Position numbers and translations under genes: made by a program. From positions 224,001 to 288,000 of the forward strand of contig CAWFQL010000012.1 in NCBI GenBank assembly GCA_963817915.1: a stretch of DNA of 64,000 nucleotides, written 5' to 3'. Positions 1 to 8,828 of this stretch are shown here, piece after piece. Within the stretch, counting starts at the first letter, position 1. Each line of letters opens with the position of its first letter. The notes beneath the pieces are model-generated. The model saw only the letters and a list, made by a program, of their open reading frames with translations. It ran no database searches and had not been told where the DNA came from. This DNA is from an uncultured candidate division Zixibacteria bacterium (GTDB lineage: Bacteria; Zixibacteria; MSB-5A5; UBA10806).

Positions 1-1044
1 AGGCGGAATAGGATTAGAGAAGGTATGCAATTTGCCATCGAACGAAGGAACGACAGTCGTATTAATCGGATGATCGACAACTTCTAATTTAAGCTCATCG
101 ATATATTGTGTCTCTTCGAGTTCATTCGTGATTCGCAATTTGTATTTTCCGTTGAATGCCTTTAGATGATCGAGATTATCAAGGTCTGTTCGCTGAGCGG
201 CCTTGAATATCGCGCCCCCGAATGTCTCGGAATCGAGAATATATTTCTCACCGTCGAAGCTGTAAACAAACGGACAGGACATTTGACCACCACTTGAAAA
301 TGTGCCTCCCCCATTTCCACCTCCTATATCAAATGCATCATCGCTATTCAAGGCAATAACGATTAGTGTGACGTCTATTCCCAGCCCTACGAGAGCCCCG
401 GCAATTTTGCCGTTGTTTGAACCCTTCACTGTTATTTGAAGTATTTTATCAATCGGAATATCTCTCTTATCAACTCCTATCTGCAAGCCTACTGCGGTCA
501 TTAAGGGTATCTTCCCTCTATCCAGCATTTCGGAAATAGCCATAATATCGATTGAGTCACCATTGCTGTCTTGAATCGCCGCAATATTTTTGAAGGCGGC
601 TGTACGAGGGATCGGTCGGCCTGTTTCTTTAATTGAAATACACGGAATAATACTAGAGCTATCGAATCGACAGTCAAATCCGTTAAACGCCCCATTGGCA
701 ACCGAGCCATCTTTAAGCGTTAGAGAGATGGGTTTATTTAATGATGGCAGGTTATTGTAAGTAGTTTCGTACTCCCGAACTTGAGAATACTCATGGGAGT
801 AGATATTTTCGGGAAGTTGGGCTATACCGGAATATTTGCCAAACAGCATTGTCCCATCTTTTAAATAAACCGTGATTTCTTTTCCTGTTTTTATCTTGGC
901 GACCTGCCAGCCGGTATATGTTTTCTTCGCGCCGGCGTCGGCCATAGCCCCGATACCAAGGCCTATGAGCGTGCATCCGCCGACGTACAATATGAGAGAC
1001 GCCATAGTGATGAGCGTTATTATTGTAGTGATTTTTTTTGACAT
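1..1044 (-). CDS. Putative lipoprotein/exported protein, runs off the left window edge (not in the ORF track)
   Basis: Manual translation from ATG 1044 (GGAG upstream): MSKKITTIITLITMASLILYVGGC... is open to the edge; possible lipobox VGGC; later SCPFVYSFDG...ETQYIDELKLEVVDHP motif. Confidence 0.8.
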   Translation of the reverse strand, partial: MSKKITTIITLITMASLILYVGGCTLIGLGIGAMADAGAKKTYTGWQVAKIKTGKEITVYLKDGTMLFGKYSGIAQLPENIYSHEYSQVREYETTYNNLPSLNKPISLTLKDGSVANGAFNGFDCRFDSSSIIPCISIKETGRPIPRTAAFKNIAAIQDSNGDSIDIMAISEMLDRGKIPLMTAVGLQIGVDKRDIPIDKILQITVKGSNNGKIAGALVGLGIDVTLIVIALNSDDAFDIGGGNGGGTFSSGGQMSCPFVYSFDGEKYILDSETFGGAIFKAAQRTDLDNLDHLKAFNGKYKLRITNELEETQYIDELKLEVVDHPINTTVVPSFDGKLHTFSNPIPP

Positions 1045-1084
1045 ATAATTCTCCATGTTTTTGGAAATGGTATTTAAATATCGT

Positions 1085-1960
1085 CTAAAAATCTGATCCC
1101 GGTCCACTCGACTCCGGCAATGGCAGTTCAATTTGCAGGTCGATTCCCGCGACAAAGTTCAAATGATCACTAAAGGATTTCCCAATGGGGATACGCAGAT
1201 GAACTCCGGGAGAAACGACGCTAAAGAACTTGCGAGCTTCGAATCCGATCTGATTTACTGATTTTTCGCCTGGATACATTAGCTCGTCTTTACTCAAAAT
1301 TGTCAATCCTGTCAGGGCGGTTTTTATCTGATAATGTTCATTTTGATAGCCAAATGTCGCGCTATAGTGAATTAAGAAGTCGCTGTCTCTATCAATACTT
1401 TTATCTGAGTAAAGCCAAAGGGTCGGCGCCACTCTGAAATGAAAAATAAGGCCGGACTTATTTTTAATGTATAAGTTCGGCCCGCCTTGCAATGAATATG
1501 TTTCCGAGGAAAACGCCTCCAGGCGATCAAAATCCGCGTACCGGCCCGTGATTATCGCATCAGGATTACGCTTATCGGCGATTGGCACCCTGACACCAAA
1601 ATCGAAAAAGAGCCCGGATTTATCACTGTTACTTCTGATTCCCAGAAGGAGATTTCCAAACGAACTCACTGAATTTGGGCGGGCATTCCAATCCTTATAT
1701 TTGATGCTTGAACTTACAAATGGAAATTCAGCGAACATGTTGATTTTTGAATTCAACGAAATAACCATGTCGAGGAAGACGGCCATGCCTGTAAGCTCAT
1801 ATGATTCATTTTTTGGGAAGCTTGGCATTGAAGCATCAATCGTAAACACTCGATTTCTCGCCGGATCGATCCATGCTGTTTGCGCAAGGCATTCACCAGA
1901 AAAAATAATAATTACGCCGGGAATCAGCGTGTATACTAAAAGGCTCACTAATTTTTTCAT
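1085..1960 (-). CDS. Exported protein, probable outer-membrane beta-barrel
   Basis: Signal peptide ending CLA-Q, alternating amphipathic strands, GGGAG RBS. Confidence 0.6.
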   Translation of the reverse strand: MKKLVSLLVYTLIPGVIIIFSGECLAQTAWIDPARNRVFTIDASMPSFPKNESYELTGMAVFLDMVISLNSKINMFAEFPFVSSSIKYKDWNARPNSVSSFGNLLLGIRSNSDKSGLFFDFGVRVPIADKRNPDAIITGRYADFDRLEAFSSETYSLQGGPNLYIKNKSGLIFHFRVAPTLWLYSDKSIDRDSDFLIHYSATFGYQNEHYQIKTALTGLTILSKDELMYPGEKSVNQIGFEARKFFSVVSPGVHLRIPIGKSFSDHLNFVAGIDLQIELPLPESSGPGSDF

Positions 1961-2031
1961 CTTTATCTCCCATTTTCGGATTTTCAGTTATCCTCCCGCC
2001 GCGCATCGATGTCCTTTCATCAGTATGCTAA

Positions 2032-2048
2032 TGCAACTTGAATGCCGA
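2032..2048 (-). promoter_or_regulatory. Candidate sigma54 (-24/-12) promoter
   Basis: Minus strand TCGGCATTCAAGTTGCA = GG-N10-GC, ~70 nt upstream of the 1960 start. Confidence 0.5.
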
Positions 2049-2469
2049 TTAAAGGCCGCCATAAATAATCATGTCATCCTTTTGTATTTCAACAGGATAC
2101 GATTCTGAATTGAAACTATGATTTAGAATTGAAGGTGATATTCAGTAACCACCATAAGATGAAAGCGACAGGCGTTAGACTTGGTTAGCAGCGTTAACGA
2201 ATTATGATACAAGAGGATAAGCAGTGACTATGGCCATGGATATATAGTAACGGAATCGATACCAACTCCACTATATAAATTAATAAATGAGAGTGTTGCT
2301 AATGACACTCTATCGCCATTGACATTAGGCGCGAAGCATTACTCGTGTCAGGTAATATCAGTAGATAATCAGAAATTAGCATCAATTTATTATATGGAAA
2401 TTTGCGGAAACCGGAAAAAGGAATAGTGAGTTTTAATTTCAGCAAATGAAGTTTATGAAGGAGGTTTTT

Positions 2470-2838
2470 ATGCCGAGAGTCGTACATTTCGAGATCAATG
2501 CTGAAAACCCGGATAGAGCCGTTAAATTCTATCAGAATATATTCGGGTGGAAAATCAACAAATGGGATGGGCCGATGGACTACTGGTTGATCAGCACCGG
2601 CGATAAGGAACAACCGGGTATCGATGGAGCGATAATGAAGAAAACCAACCCGCAAGCGACTGTATATAATACCATCGATGTCAGTTCAGTCGATGAATAT
2701 GTGAAGAAGGTTGTCGCTAACGGTGGGAAAATACTTGTGCCCAAGGATGCGGTCCCGGGTGTAGGATATTTTTCATATTGCTCTGATACGGAGGGGAATA
2801 CATTCGGATTGATGCAGTTTGATCCGAATGCCAAATAA
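2470..2838 (+). CDS. VOC/glyoxalase family protein
   Basis: MPRVVHFEI...DTEGNTFGL motifs; GGAGG RBS before ATG 2470. Confidence 0.9.
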   Translation: MPRVVHFEINAENPDRAVKFYQNIFGWKINKWDGPMDYWLISTGDKEQPGIDGAIMKKTNPQATVYNTIDVSSVDEYVKKVVANGGKILVPKDAVPGVGYFSYCSDTEGNTFGLMQFDPNAK

Positions 2839-2874
2839 TTTTGTAAGAATGGGCCTGTCGAATATATGAGTATC

Positions 2875-2906
2875 GGGAGTTGTCGAATGATAGCTCCCGT
2901 TTTTTT
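2875..2906 (+). terminator. Rho-independent terminator
   Basis: CGGGAGTTGTC-GAAT-GATAGCTCCCG stem (with G-U pairs) followed by T7. Confidence 0.8.
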
Positions 2907-2919
2907 GCCTCATAAAGCG

Positions 2920-2948
2920 TTGCGATATTCATGTCAAAATAGTATATT
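2920..2948 (+). promoter_or_regulatory. Candidate sigma70 promoter upstream of mntP
   Basis: TTGCGA-17 bp-TATATT; ATG follows 6 nt later at 2955. Confidence 0.55.
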
Positions 2949-2991
2949 CCGCCGATGACCAATATGCTCGAAAAGTCAAGATCGGCCTGCT

Positions 2992-3537
2992 GTGCTTAAA
3001 ATTCCATTTCTCGAAATCTTCTTAATCAGCCTGGGCTTAAGCGCGGACGCCTTCAGTGTGGCTATGGCGGCAGGCGCGCATGGTTTTGAACCGCGGAGAA
3101 TATTCCGACTCGCATTCCATTTTGGATTATTTCAGTTCATGATGCCGATCATCGGATGGTTTGGCGGGGATATTATTTCAAAGTATGCGGGTAATTATGG
3201 GCCGTGGGGCGTGCTGATTTTACTGGCAGTTATCGGTGGTAAAATGATTATAGATGGAATTAAGAATGAACCTGAAAAAGCAATTGATCTTTCGCGCGGC
3301 TGGTCGCTGGTGTCATTATCGATAGGGACGAGTATTGACGCGCTTGGTGTTGGTTTCGGATTCGGTTTGCTTGAAATCCCGATTCTTCTTCCGGCGACGA
3401 TCATAGGCGTTGTTTGCGCCGCGATAACGACAATTGGGTTGTATTTGGGTGTTAAGCTGTATGACAGGCTTGGTCATCGCGCGATGATTTTTGGCGGAGT
3501 CATATTGATCATCATTGGCATCAAGATGGTAATTTGA
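2992..3537 (+). CDS. mntP: Manganese efflux pump MntP (true start may be 2955, see findings)
   Basis: Duplicated LSADAFSV / TSIDALGVG motifs, FGLFQFMMP, six TM segments. Confidence 0.88.
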   Translation: MLKIPFLEIFLISLGLSADAFSVAMAAGAHGFEPRRIFRLAFHFGLFQFMMPIIGWFGGDIISKYAGNYGPWGVLILLAVIGGKMIIDGIKNEPEKAIDLSRGWSLVSLSIGTSIDALGVGFGFGLLEIPILLPATIIGVVCAAITTIGLYLGVKLYDRLGHRAMIFGGVILIIIGIKMVI

Positions 3538-3608
3538 TAATTAGATTAGAAACCATTCAAATAAGACAAAATTACAATTTCGAAAAAAATAGTGCGGATT
3601 GAGGGAAA

Positions 3609-4226
3609 ATGGGACTAACAGAAGTATTCATTGAACATATTACTGAGCTTATTCATTCGGCTGGATACGCGGGTATCACAGTGGCTATGGCGCTTGAAAG
3701 CATGATAGCTCCCTTGCCCAGTGAAGCTGTTATGCCATTCGCGGGATTTCTGATTTTCGAAGGGAAATTTACATTTGCGGGAGTGATTTTTTTCAGCACG
3801 TTGGGGAGCATTATCGGCTCGCTGATATCGTACTACATGGGCCTTTGGGGTGGACGGCCATTCGTAAATAAATTTGGCAAATATTTATTGCTCGACCAGC
3901 ATCATCTTGATATGACGGTCAATTTTTTCGGCAAATACGGCGACAAAACGATTTTCTTCAGCCGTTTTATTCCAGTTGTCAGACACCTGATTTCTATTCC
4001 GGCCGGAGTCGGGAAAATGAATCTTGCAAAGTTTTCAATCTATACAATTATTGGCGCCGGCATATGGAACAGCATCCTAACGGTAATAGGATATTATCTT
4101 AGAGATAACTGGTCGGTAATCAGGAAGTACGGAGAAATAGTTGATATCGTTGTAGTAGTTTTGATAATCGCGGCGATTGTATATGTAGTTTATCATTATC
4201 GGAAGAGAATGAAAAGAGTGAATTAG
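3609..4226 (+). CDS. DedA family membrane protein
   Basis: LESMIAPLPSE, SRFIPVVRHLISIPAG motifs. Confidence 0.92.
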   Translation: MGLTEVFIEHITELIHSAGYAGITVAMALESMIAPLPSEAVMPFAGFLIFEGKFTFAGVIFFSTLGSIIGSLISYYMGLWGGRPFVNKFGKYLLLDQHHLDMTVNFFGKYGDKTIFFSRFIPVVRHLISIPAGVGKMNLAKFSIYTIIGAGIWNSILTVIGYYLRDNWSVIRKYGEIVDIVVVVLIIAAIVYVVYHYRKRMKRVN

Positions 4227-4352
4227 AGTTACTCAAATATATCAATAAAGGGCGTATAAAATCGGCCACTTAATAAATCATTGACCCCAAGCTAAAAACG
4301 TTCTATAGTCTAATGTTGAAGAGCAAGAGCCTAATAGATTTTGGAGTTATCT

Positions 4353-5360
4353 ATGCCGGAATTTCGTCAAAATAAAGCTACAAAAGAATGGGTAATAGTC
4401 TCGCCCGAACGCAGCAAACGTCCCTCTGATTTTGCGGGTGAAATCGAAAAAAAGGCGCCACTGCCGTCTCATGATGAAGGGTGTCCATTCTGCGTGGGCC
4501 ATGAAGACAAAACTCCTCCGCCGGTTTATGTATTTCCGAAGAAGGGCGAATGGCAGGTGCGAGTTGTGCCGAATAAATTTGCGGCATTGAAGGCCGATCT
4601 GGCAACAACGAGGACCTGGGTGGGGTCATTTTTGGCGGTCAAGGGATTCGGGATCGCCGAAGTTGTGATTGAAAGCCCACAGCATAATAAGGATATAGTG
4701 AATATGTCGTTAGGCGAAGTCGGCAGTATTCTGACCAGCTACCGGGAACGGCATATCGAAATCGCCAAAAACGAAAATATCAATTTAATAACAATATTCC
4801 GCAATCATGGAATTCTGGCCGGAACATCGCTTGAACATCCTCATTCCCAGATAATCGCGACACCGATTGTTCCGCCTCATGTTCGTTACCCGATCGAGCA
4901 GGCGATACTTCATTTCGATAAATACGGCACCTGCGTATTTTGTGAATCGATTGAAGAAGAGAGACGTCAGAAAGAGCGGATAGTAATCGATACCGATCTG
5001 TTTGTGGCGTTTTGTCCGTTTGCGGCCCGCAGCCCATTCGAGGTGCGAATTTTTCCCAAGAGGCATATGCCGAGCTTTATGTCTATAGATGATGAGGAGA
5101 TTCAGGAGCTTGCCTGGCTCTTGCGGGAGGTTCTGTCAAGAGTACATGGATGTCTGGGAAATCCCGATTATAATTATGTAATCCGTTCGAGTCCGATCGG
5201 CGATGAAGACACGAGGCATCTTCATTGGTATTTGGTCATAATACCCAAGATCACCACGCCTGCCGGATTTGAAATCGGCTCAGGCATTTATATTAATATC
5301 GTGCCTCCGGAAGAATCCGCACGTTATCTTCGAGAAACCGTGACTGATAAAAAAAGCTAA
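4353..5360 (+). CDS. galT: Galactose-1-phosphate uridylyltransferase family protein
   Basis: ERSKRP, CPFC, VVPNKF, catalytic HPHSQ, AGFEIGSG; alternative TTG start at 4341. Confidence 0.88.
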   Translation: MPEFRQNKATKEWVIVSPERSKRPSDFAGEIEKKAPLPSHDEGCPFCVGHEDKTPPPVYVFPKKGEWQVRVVPNKFAALKADLATTRTWVGSFLAVKGFGIAEVVIESPQHNKDIVNMSLGEVGSILTSYRERHIEIAKNENINLITIFRNHGILAGTSLEHPHSQIIATPIVPPHVRYPIEQAILHFDKYGTCVFCESIEEERRQKERIVIDTDLFVAFCPFAARSPFEVRIFPKRHMPSFMSIDDEEIQELAWLLREVLSRVHGCLGNPDYNYVIRSSPIGDEDTRHLHWYLVIIPKITTPAGFEIGSGIYINIVPPEESARYLRETVTDKKS

Positions 5361-5397
5361 TCTGCTTTATTATTCATGATAGGTCAGGCATCGAGTA

Positions 5398-5760
5398 ATG
5401 CTTAAGAAAATTGAATCGTTAATTTTGACTTCCGACAAATATGAAGATTCAATTTCATTTTTCAGGGATAAATTGGGGTTAGAGATGACCCACGCCGTGG
5501 ATAATATGTCTCAATTTTCACTCGATGGATTTCCATTATTTCTGGCCCGGGCTAATGGTGGTTCGGGCGTATTCATCTCGATTGAAACGGATGATATCGA
5601 AAAGGATTTCGAGATGATGGAAAATAATGGCATTGAATTCAGGGAGCCGATCAAGGTTTTCGAGAGCGGAGATAAATCGGCGTTTTTTAAAGGCCCGGCA
5701 GGCTCTGAATTTATGCTTTACCAGCCGGAACCGGCGGATAAGAATAAAGATAAAACTTAG
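5398..5760 (+). CDS. VOC family protein
   Basis: FFRDKLGL...SAFFKGPAG glyoxalase-fold pattern. Confidence 0.75.
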   Translation: MLKKIESLILTSDKYEDSISFFRDKLGLEMTHAVDNMSQFSLDGFPLFLARANGGSGVFISIETDDIEKDFEMMENNGIEFREPIKVFESGDKSAFFKGPAGSEFMLYQPEPADKNKDKT

Positions 5761-5786
5761 TAATTCATTCTCTAATTGAAAAGTAG

Positions 5787-5978
5787 GTCCGGGGGCCAGC
5801 GCCACCATGTCCATGCTCTCTGGCATATCGAGCTCCAATAAATGATTTTCCTGTTGCTGCTGATTGGAATGGCGATTGCGCAGTTAATGGGATGGACGTA
5901 ACCTACGGTGTTGATTATTATAGAGGTCGTCAGCCAGACATCAAGTGGTGCCCGGATTTTACACCAGATACACCGTAG
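5787..5978 (+). pseudogene. 5'-truncated remnant encoding a dockerin-like C-terminal tail
   Basis: 63 open codons lacking a 5' start: GPAPPCPC...AADWNGDCAVNGMDVTYGVDYYRG...WCPDFTPDTP*, alignable by eye to the C-terminus of 29571..30779. Confidence 0.7.
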
Positions 5979-6025
5979 AATAAAATGACGTGCCTAATTG
6001 TATCAATAATAAAGGAGGATCTCGA

Positions 6026-6763
6026 ATGATTAATTCAATGGTAAGATACTTATTGCGGACCATAATCGTTTTATCAGCATTACAATCTGTAGCATTTGCT
6101 CAGGCTGACAGTAGTGATGCGCAAAGATCAATTGTTAGGTCTCTGGTAGAGCGATTCCATTTAAATCCAAGATTTGGATTAAGAATGCTTATAGACCCTG
6201 ATGGTTCGATTCGCAATATCGAAACTCCGCTATTAAATGCCGGCTTGACTTCTTCTCAACCGTTAGACCGAGCCTATGAATTTCTGGAAAGACATGGCGA
6301 TATATTCCATTTAGCTAACCCCCGTCAAGAGCTTATTCTTAAAGATAGTGTCACTAGCGATTCCCCTTATAGCGGGCGTTCTGCTTTTATCAATTTTGAA
6401 CAAGTTGTTAATGGAATTAAAGTACTCGATGGAGGGTTTGGCTTTCATTTTAAGTCTGACAGTAGTAACACCCTGTCAATACTCAGCGTTGGCTCTTCCT
6501 ATTACACTGAATCTCGGAACATTAATACTACTCCGACGATAAGCATGGAGAGAGCCAAAGAGATTGCCCTGAGCGACCCTGCGCATAATGGCCTTACACC
6601 AGGAATATATAAGGACCCTGAGCTCTATATTGATCGCATTGATGGTGTGTTTCATCTAATATGGAGACTCGGTGTCTTAGGCGGCGGGTATAATGGAGCC
6701 GCCCTGTATATTATAGATGCTCATTCTGGCCAAATATTGGTGGCCAAATGCTCTATAATATGA
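6026..6763 (+). CDS. Secreted stand-alone FTP + PepSY (M4/M36 peptidase propeptide-like) protein
   Basis: AGGAGG RBS, signal peptide AFA-Q, AYEFL..., FEQVVNGIKV, PTISMERAKEIA, YIIDAHSGQIL; no HExxH domain. Confidence 0.72.
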   Translation: MINSMVRYLLRTIIVLSALQSVAFAQADSSDAQRSIVRSLVERFHLNPRFGLRMLIDPDGSIRNIETPLLNAGLTSSQPLDRAYEFLERHGDIFHLANPRQELILKDSVTSDSPYSGRSAFINFEQVVNGIKVLDGGFGFHFKSDSSNTLSILSVGSSYYTESRNINTTPTISMERAKEIALSDPAHNGLTPGIYKDPELYIDRIDGVFHLIWRLGVLGGGYNGAALYIIDAHSGQILVAKCSII

Positions 6764-6783
6764 TCTCGCTTCTGGATCATTTT

Positions 6784-6820
6784 TCGGCACCGGGGGATTA
6801 TCCCGGTGCCGATTTCTTTT
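6784..6820 (+). terminator. Rho-independent terminator
   Basis: TCGGCACCGGG/CCCGGTGCCGA 11-bp stem followed by TTTCTTTT. Confidence 0.85.
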
Positions 6821-6919
6821 GCCTGTAGTGGCAGGTCTCCGCACAAGTCACAATTATCAGATTTGTCATCGGGTGTGGAGACGCGAGGACGCCTTGATTG
6901 CGTTCCCAAATAGCATTAA

Positions 6920-6948
6920 TTGACATTGCCCTCTAATCTTCTTATTTT
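6920..6948 (+). promoter_or_regulatory. Candidate sigma70 promoter of tilS (leaderless)
   Basis: TTGACA-17 bp-TATTTT, ATG 6 nt downstream, no SD. Confidence 0.6.
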
Positions 6949-6954
6949 CTCTCT

Positions 6955-8330
6955 ATGAAGGATTTGCTGGAATGTGTCTCAAAGACGATTGATTATAATG
7001 ATCTGATTCAGGAAGATGATTCGATTCTTGTGGCATTATCAGGCGGGCCGGATTCTGTCGCGCTTCTATGTCTGCTTAATAATATCAGAGATAAATATCA
7101 TTTTGAATTGGCGGCGGCGCATCTGGATCATGGTATCAGAAAGAGCTCTCATAAAGACAGGATTTTTTGCCAGGTATCTATGCAAGAAATTAAAAATCAA
7201 ATTTTACTCGAAAAAGATCAATGTGCCGGGGCTCGCCAAAAAATCGGGGTTATCGGATGAAATGGCCGGCCGCAATGCCAGATATGAATATTTCGAAGAG
7301 TTATCGAAGATTCACAAATTCACAAAAATCGCTACAGGTCATACATTCGATGATAATATCGAGACAATCCTTTTGAATATAGTCCGCGGGACGGGCTTGG
7401 CGGGATTGACAGGGATACCGAGTAAGGCGAGGCATTATTATCAGGCCGTTATTGGAAATTGCCAAAGAAGACTTGCTGAAATGGCTTAAGGATAATGGGA
7501 TTTCATTTGTAGTCGATGCCACAAATCTTTCGATGGATTATTCCCGAAATCGAATCAGGCATAAGGTGATCCCTGAACTAGAGAAGATTAATCCCAAGGT
7601 GCGTGAAAGCCTTACTCGGCTTTCAAAGAATGTCATGGAAGATGTCGAAATAATAGGGCAGATGGTTTCAACGGCCTACAAAAGTGCAGTTTTGAAAACC
7701 TATAAGAGCAAAATAGTCCTTGATTTAGGGAAATTGAAGACATATCATAAAAGTTTAGTAAAAAAGGTGGTGGGAGAAGCATTTAGACGACTAAATAACA
7801 CTCACGGCGGACCATCATCTAACGCGTATTCGCGTATTTTTAGATTAATAAAGAGCCGTAGCGGCGCCAAATTTTATTTGGGTGGTGGAACCTGGATCGA
7901 AAAATCTCAGAACAAGTTGTCGATTTTCCAGCCCTCGAGTATCAATACTCGGTTGAAACTAAAGATTCCCGGCAAAACAGTTATTCCAGAGTATGAGTTG
8001 TGCATGGATACTTCAATTATCGAAAGAGAAAAAATTAAAAGGCTCTGGACAACATCAGACATAGCATTGCTGGATAACGACAGGCTGAAGAATATTTCAA
8101 TGAGATATTGGGCAAACGGCGATAAAATTAAACCATTAGGGATGACAGGACACAAATTGCTATCAGACATCTTTATTGATAAAAAAATCCCCGAATTCGA
8201 TCGGGGAAATATTCCTTTGATAATTTCCGGATCTAAAATAGCCTGGATCGCGGGGCTGATGATATCGGATGATTTTAAGGTAACATCGAAAACAAAAAAT
8301 ATTATGAAGATTAAATTATGCGTCCAATAA
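6955..8330 (+). CDS. tilS: tRNA(Ile)-lysidine synthase, split by two +1 shifts (~7170, ~7426)
   Basis: ALSGGPDS, HLDHGIR, ATGHTFDDNIET, IIRPLL (restored), YSRNRIRH across three ORF pieces; tilS-hpt-ftsH synteny. Confidence 0.9.
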
Positions 8331-8821
8331 TAACCAAGAAAAAAATAGAGAACAGAATTAAGATTCTGGGCAGGCAGATAGCTTCCGATTACAAAAAGAA
8401 GCAGCCGATCTTTATTGGCATTTTAAAAGGCAGTTTTGTTTTTATGGCCGATCTGGTTCGGGCGGCTGATATCGATTGCGAAATTGATTTCATGAGTGTG
8501 GCGTCCTATGGCGGGGCCAAAAAAGGCTCCGGTGTGGTACGTTTGCTCAAGGATATTAATGTCAATGTCCGCGGTCGTCATGTGCTTATAGTCGAAGATA
8601 TTATAGATACCGGCCTTACAGCAAATTACATCAAGCAATATCTTCAATTGAGGATGCCAAAAACCATAGAATTTGTGACGTTGCTTGATAAAAAAGAGGC
8701 ACGAAAGGCAGAGATAGACATAAAATATATTGGATTTGAGATTCCTGATGTCTTCGTTGTGGGATATGGTTTGGATTACGGCGAAAGATTCAGGCAGTTA
8801 CCATACATTGCTAAAGATTGA
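8318..8821 (+). CDS. hpt: Hypoxanthine phosphoribosyltransferase
   Basis: ILKGSFVFMADL, VLIVEDIIDTGLT, FVVGYGLDY. Confidence 0.96.
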   Translation: MRPIITKKKIENRIKILGRQIASDYKKKQPIFIGILKGSFVFMADLVRAADIDCEIDFMSVASYGGAKKGSGVVRLLKDINVNVRGRHVLIVEDIIDTGLTANYIKQYLQLRMPKTIEFVTLLDKKEARKAEIDIKYIGFEIPDVFVVGYGLDYGERFRQLPYIAKD

Positions 8822-8828
8822 GGCTTAA

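Noticed and set aside
501..976. ORF-track entries 501..710 and 791..976
   Set aside because: Alternative frames inside the continuous 1..1044 minus-strand gene
1467..2108. 213-aa plus-strand ORF and similar antisense ORFs across the window
   Set aside because: Antisense shadows of well-supported genes, without RBS or family motifs
2839..2991. yybP-ykoY manganese riboswitch upstream of mntP
   Set aside because: The only hairpin is the upstream gene's terminator, and the predicted promoter leaves no room for the aptamer
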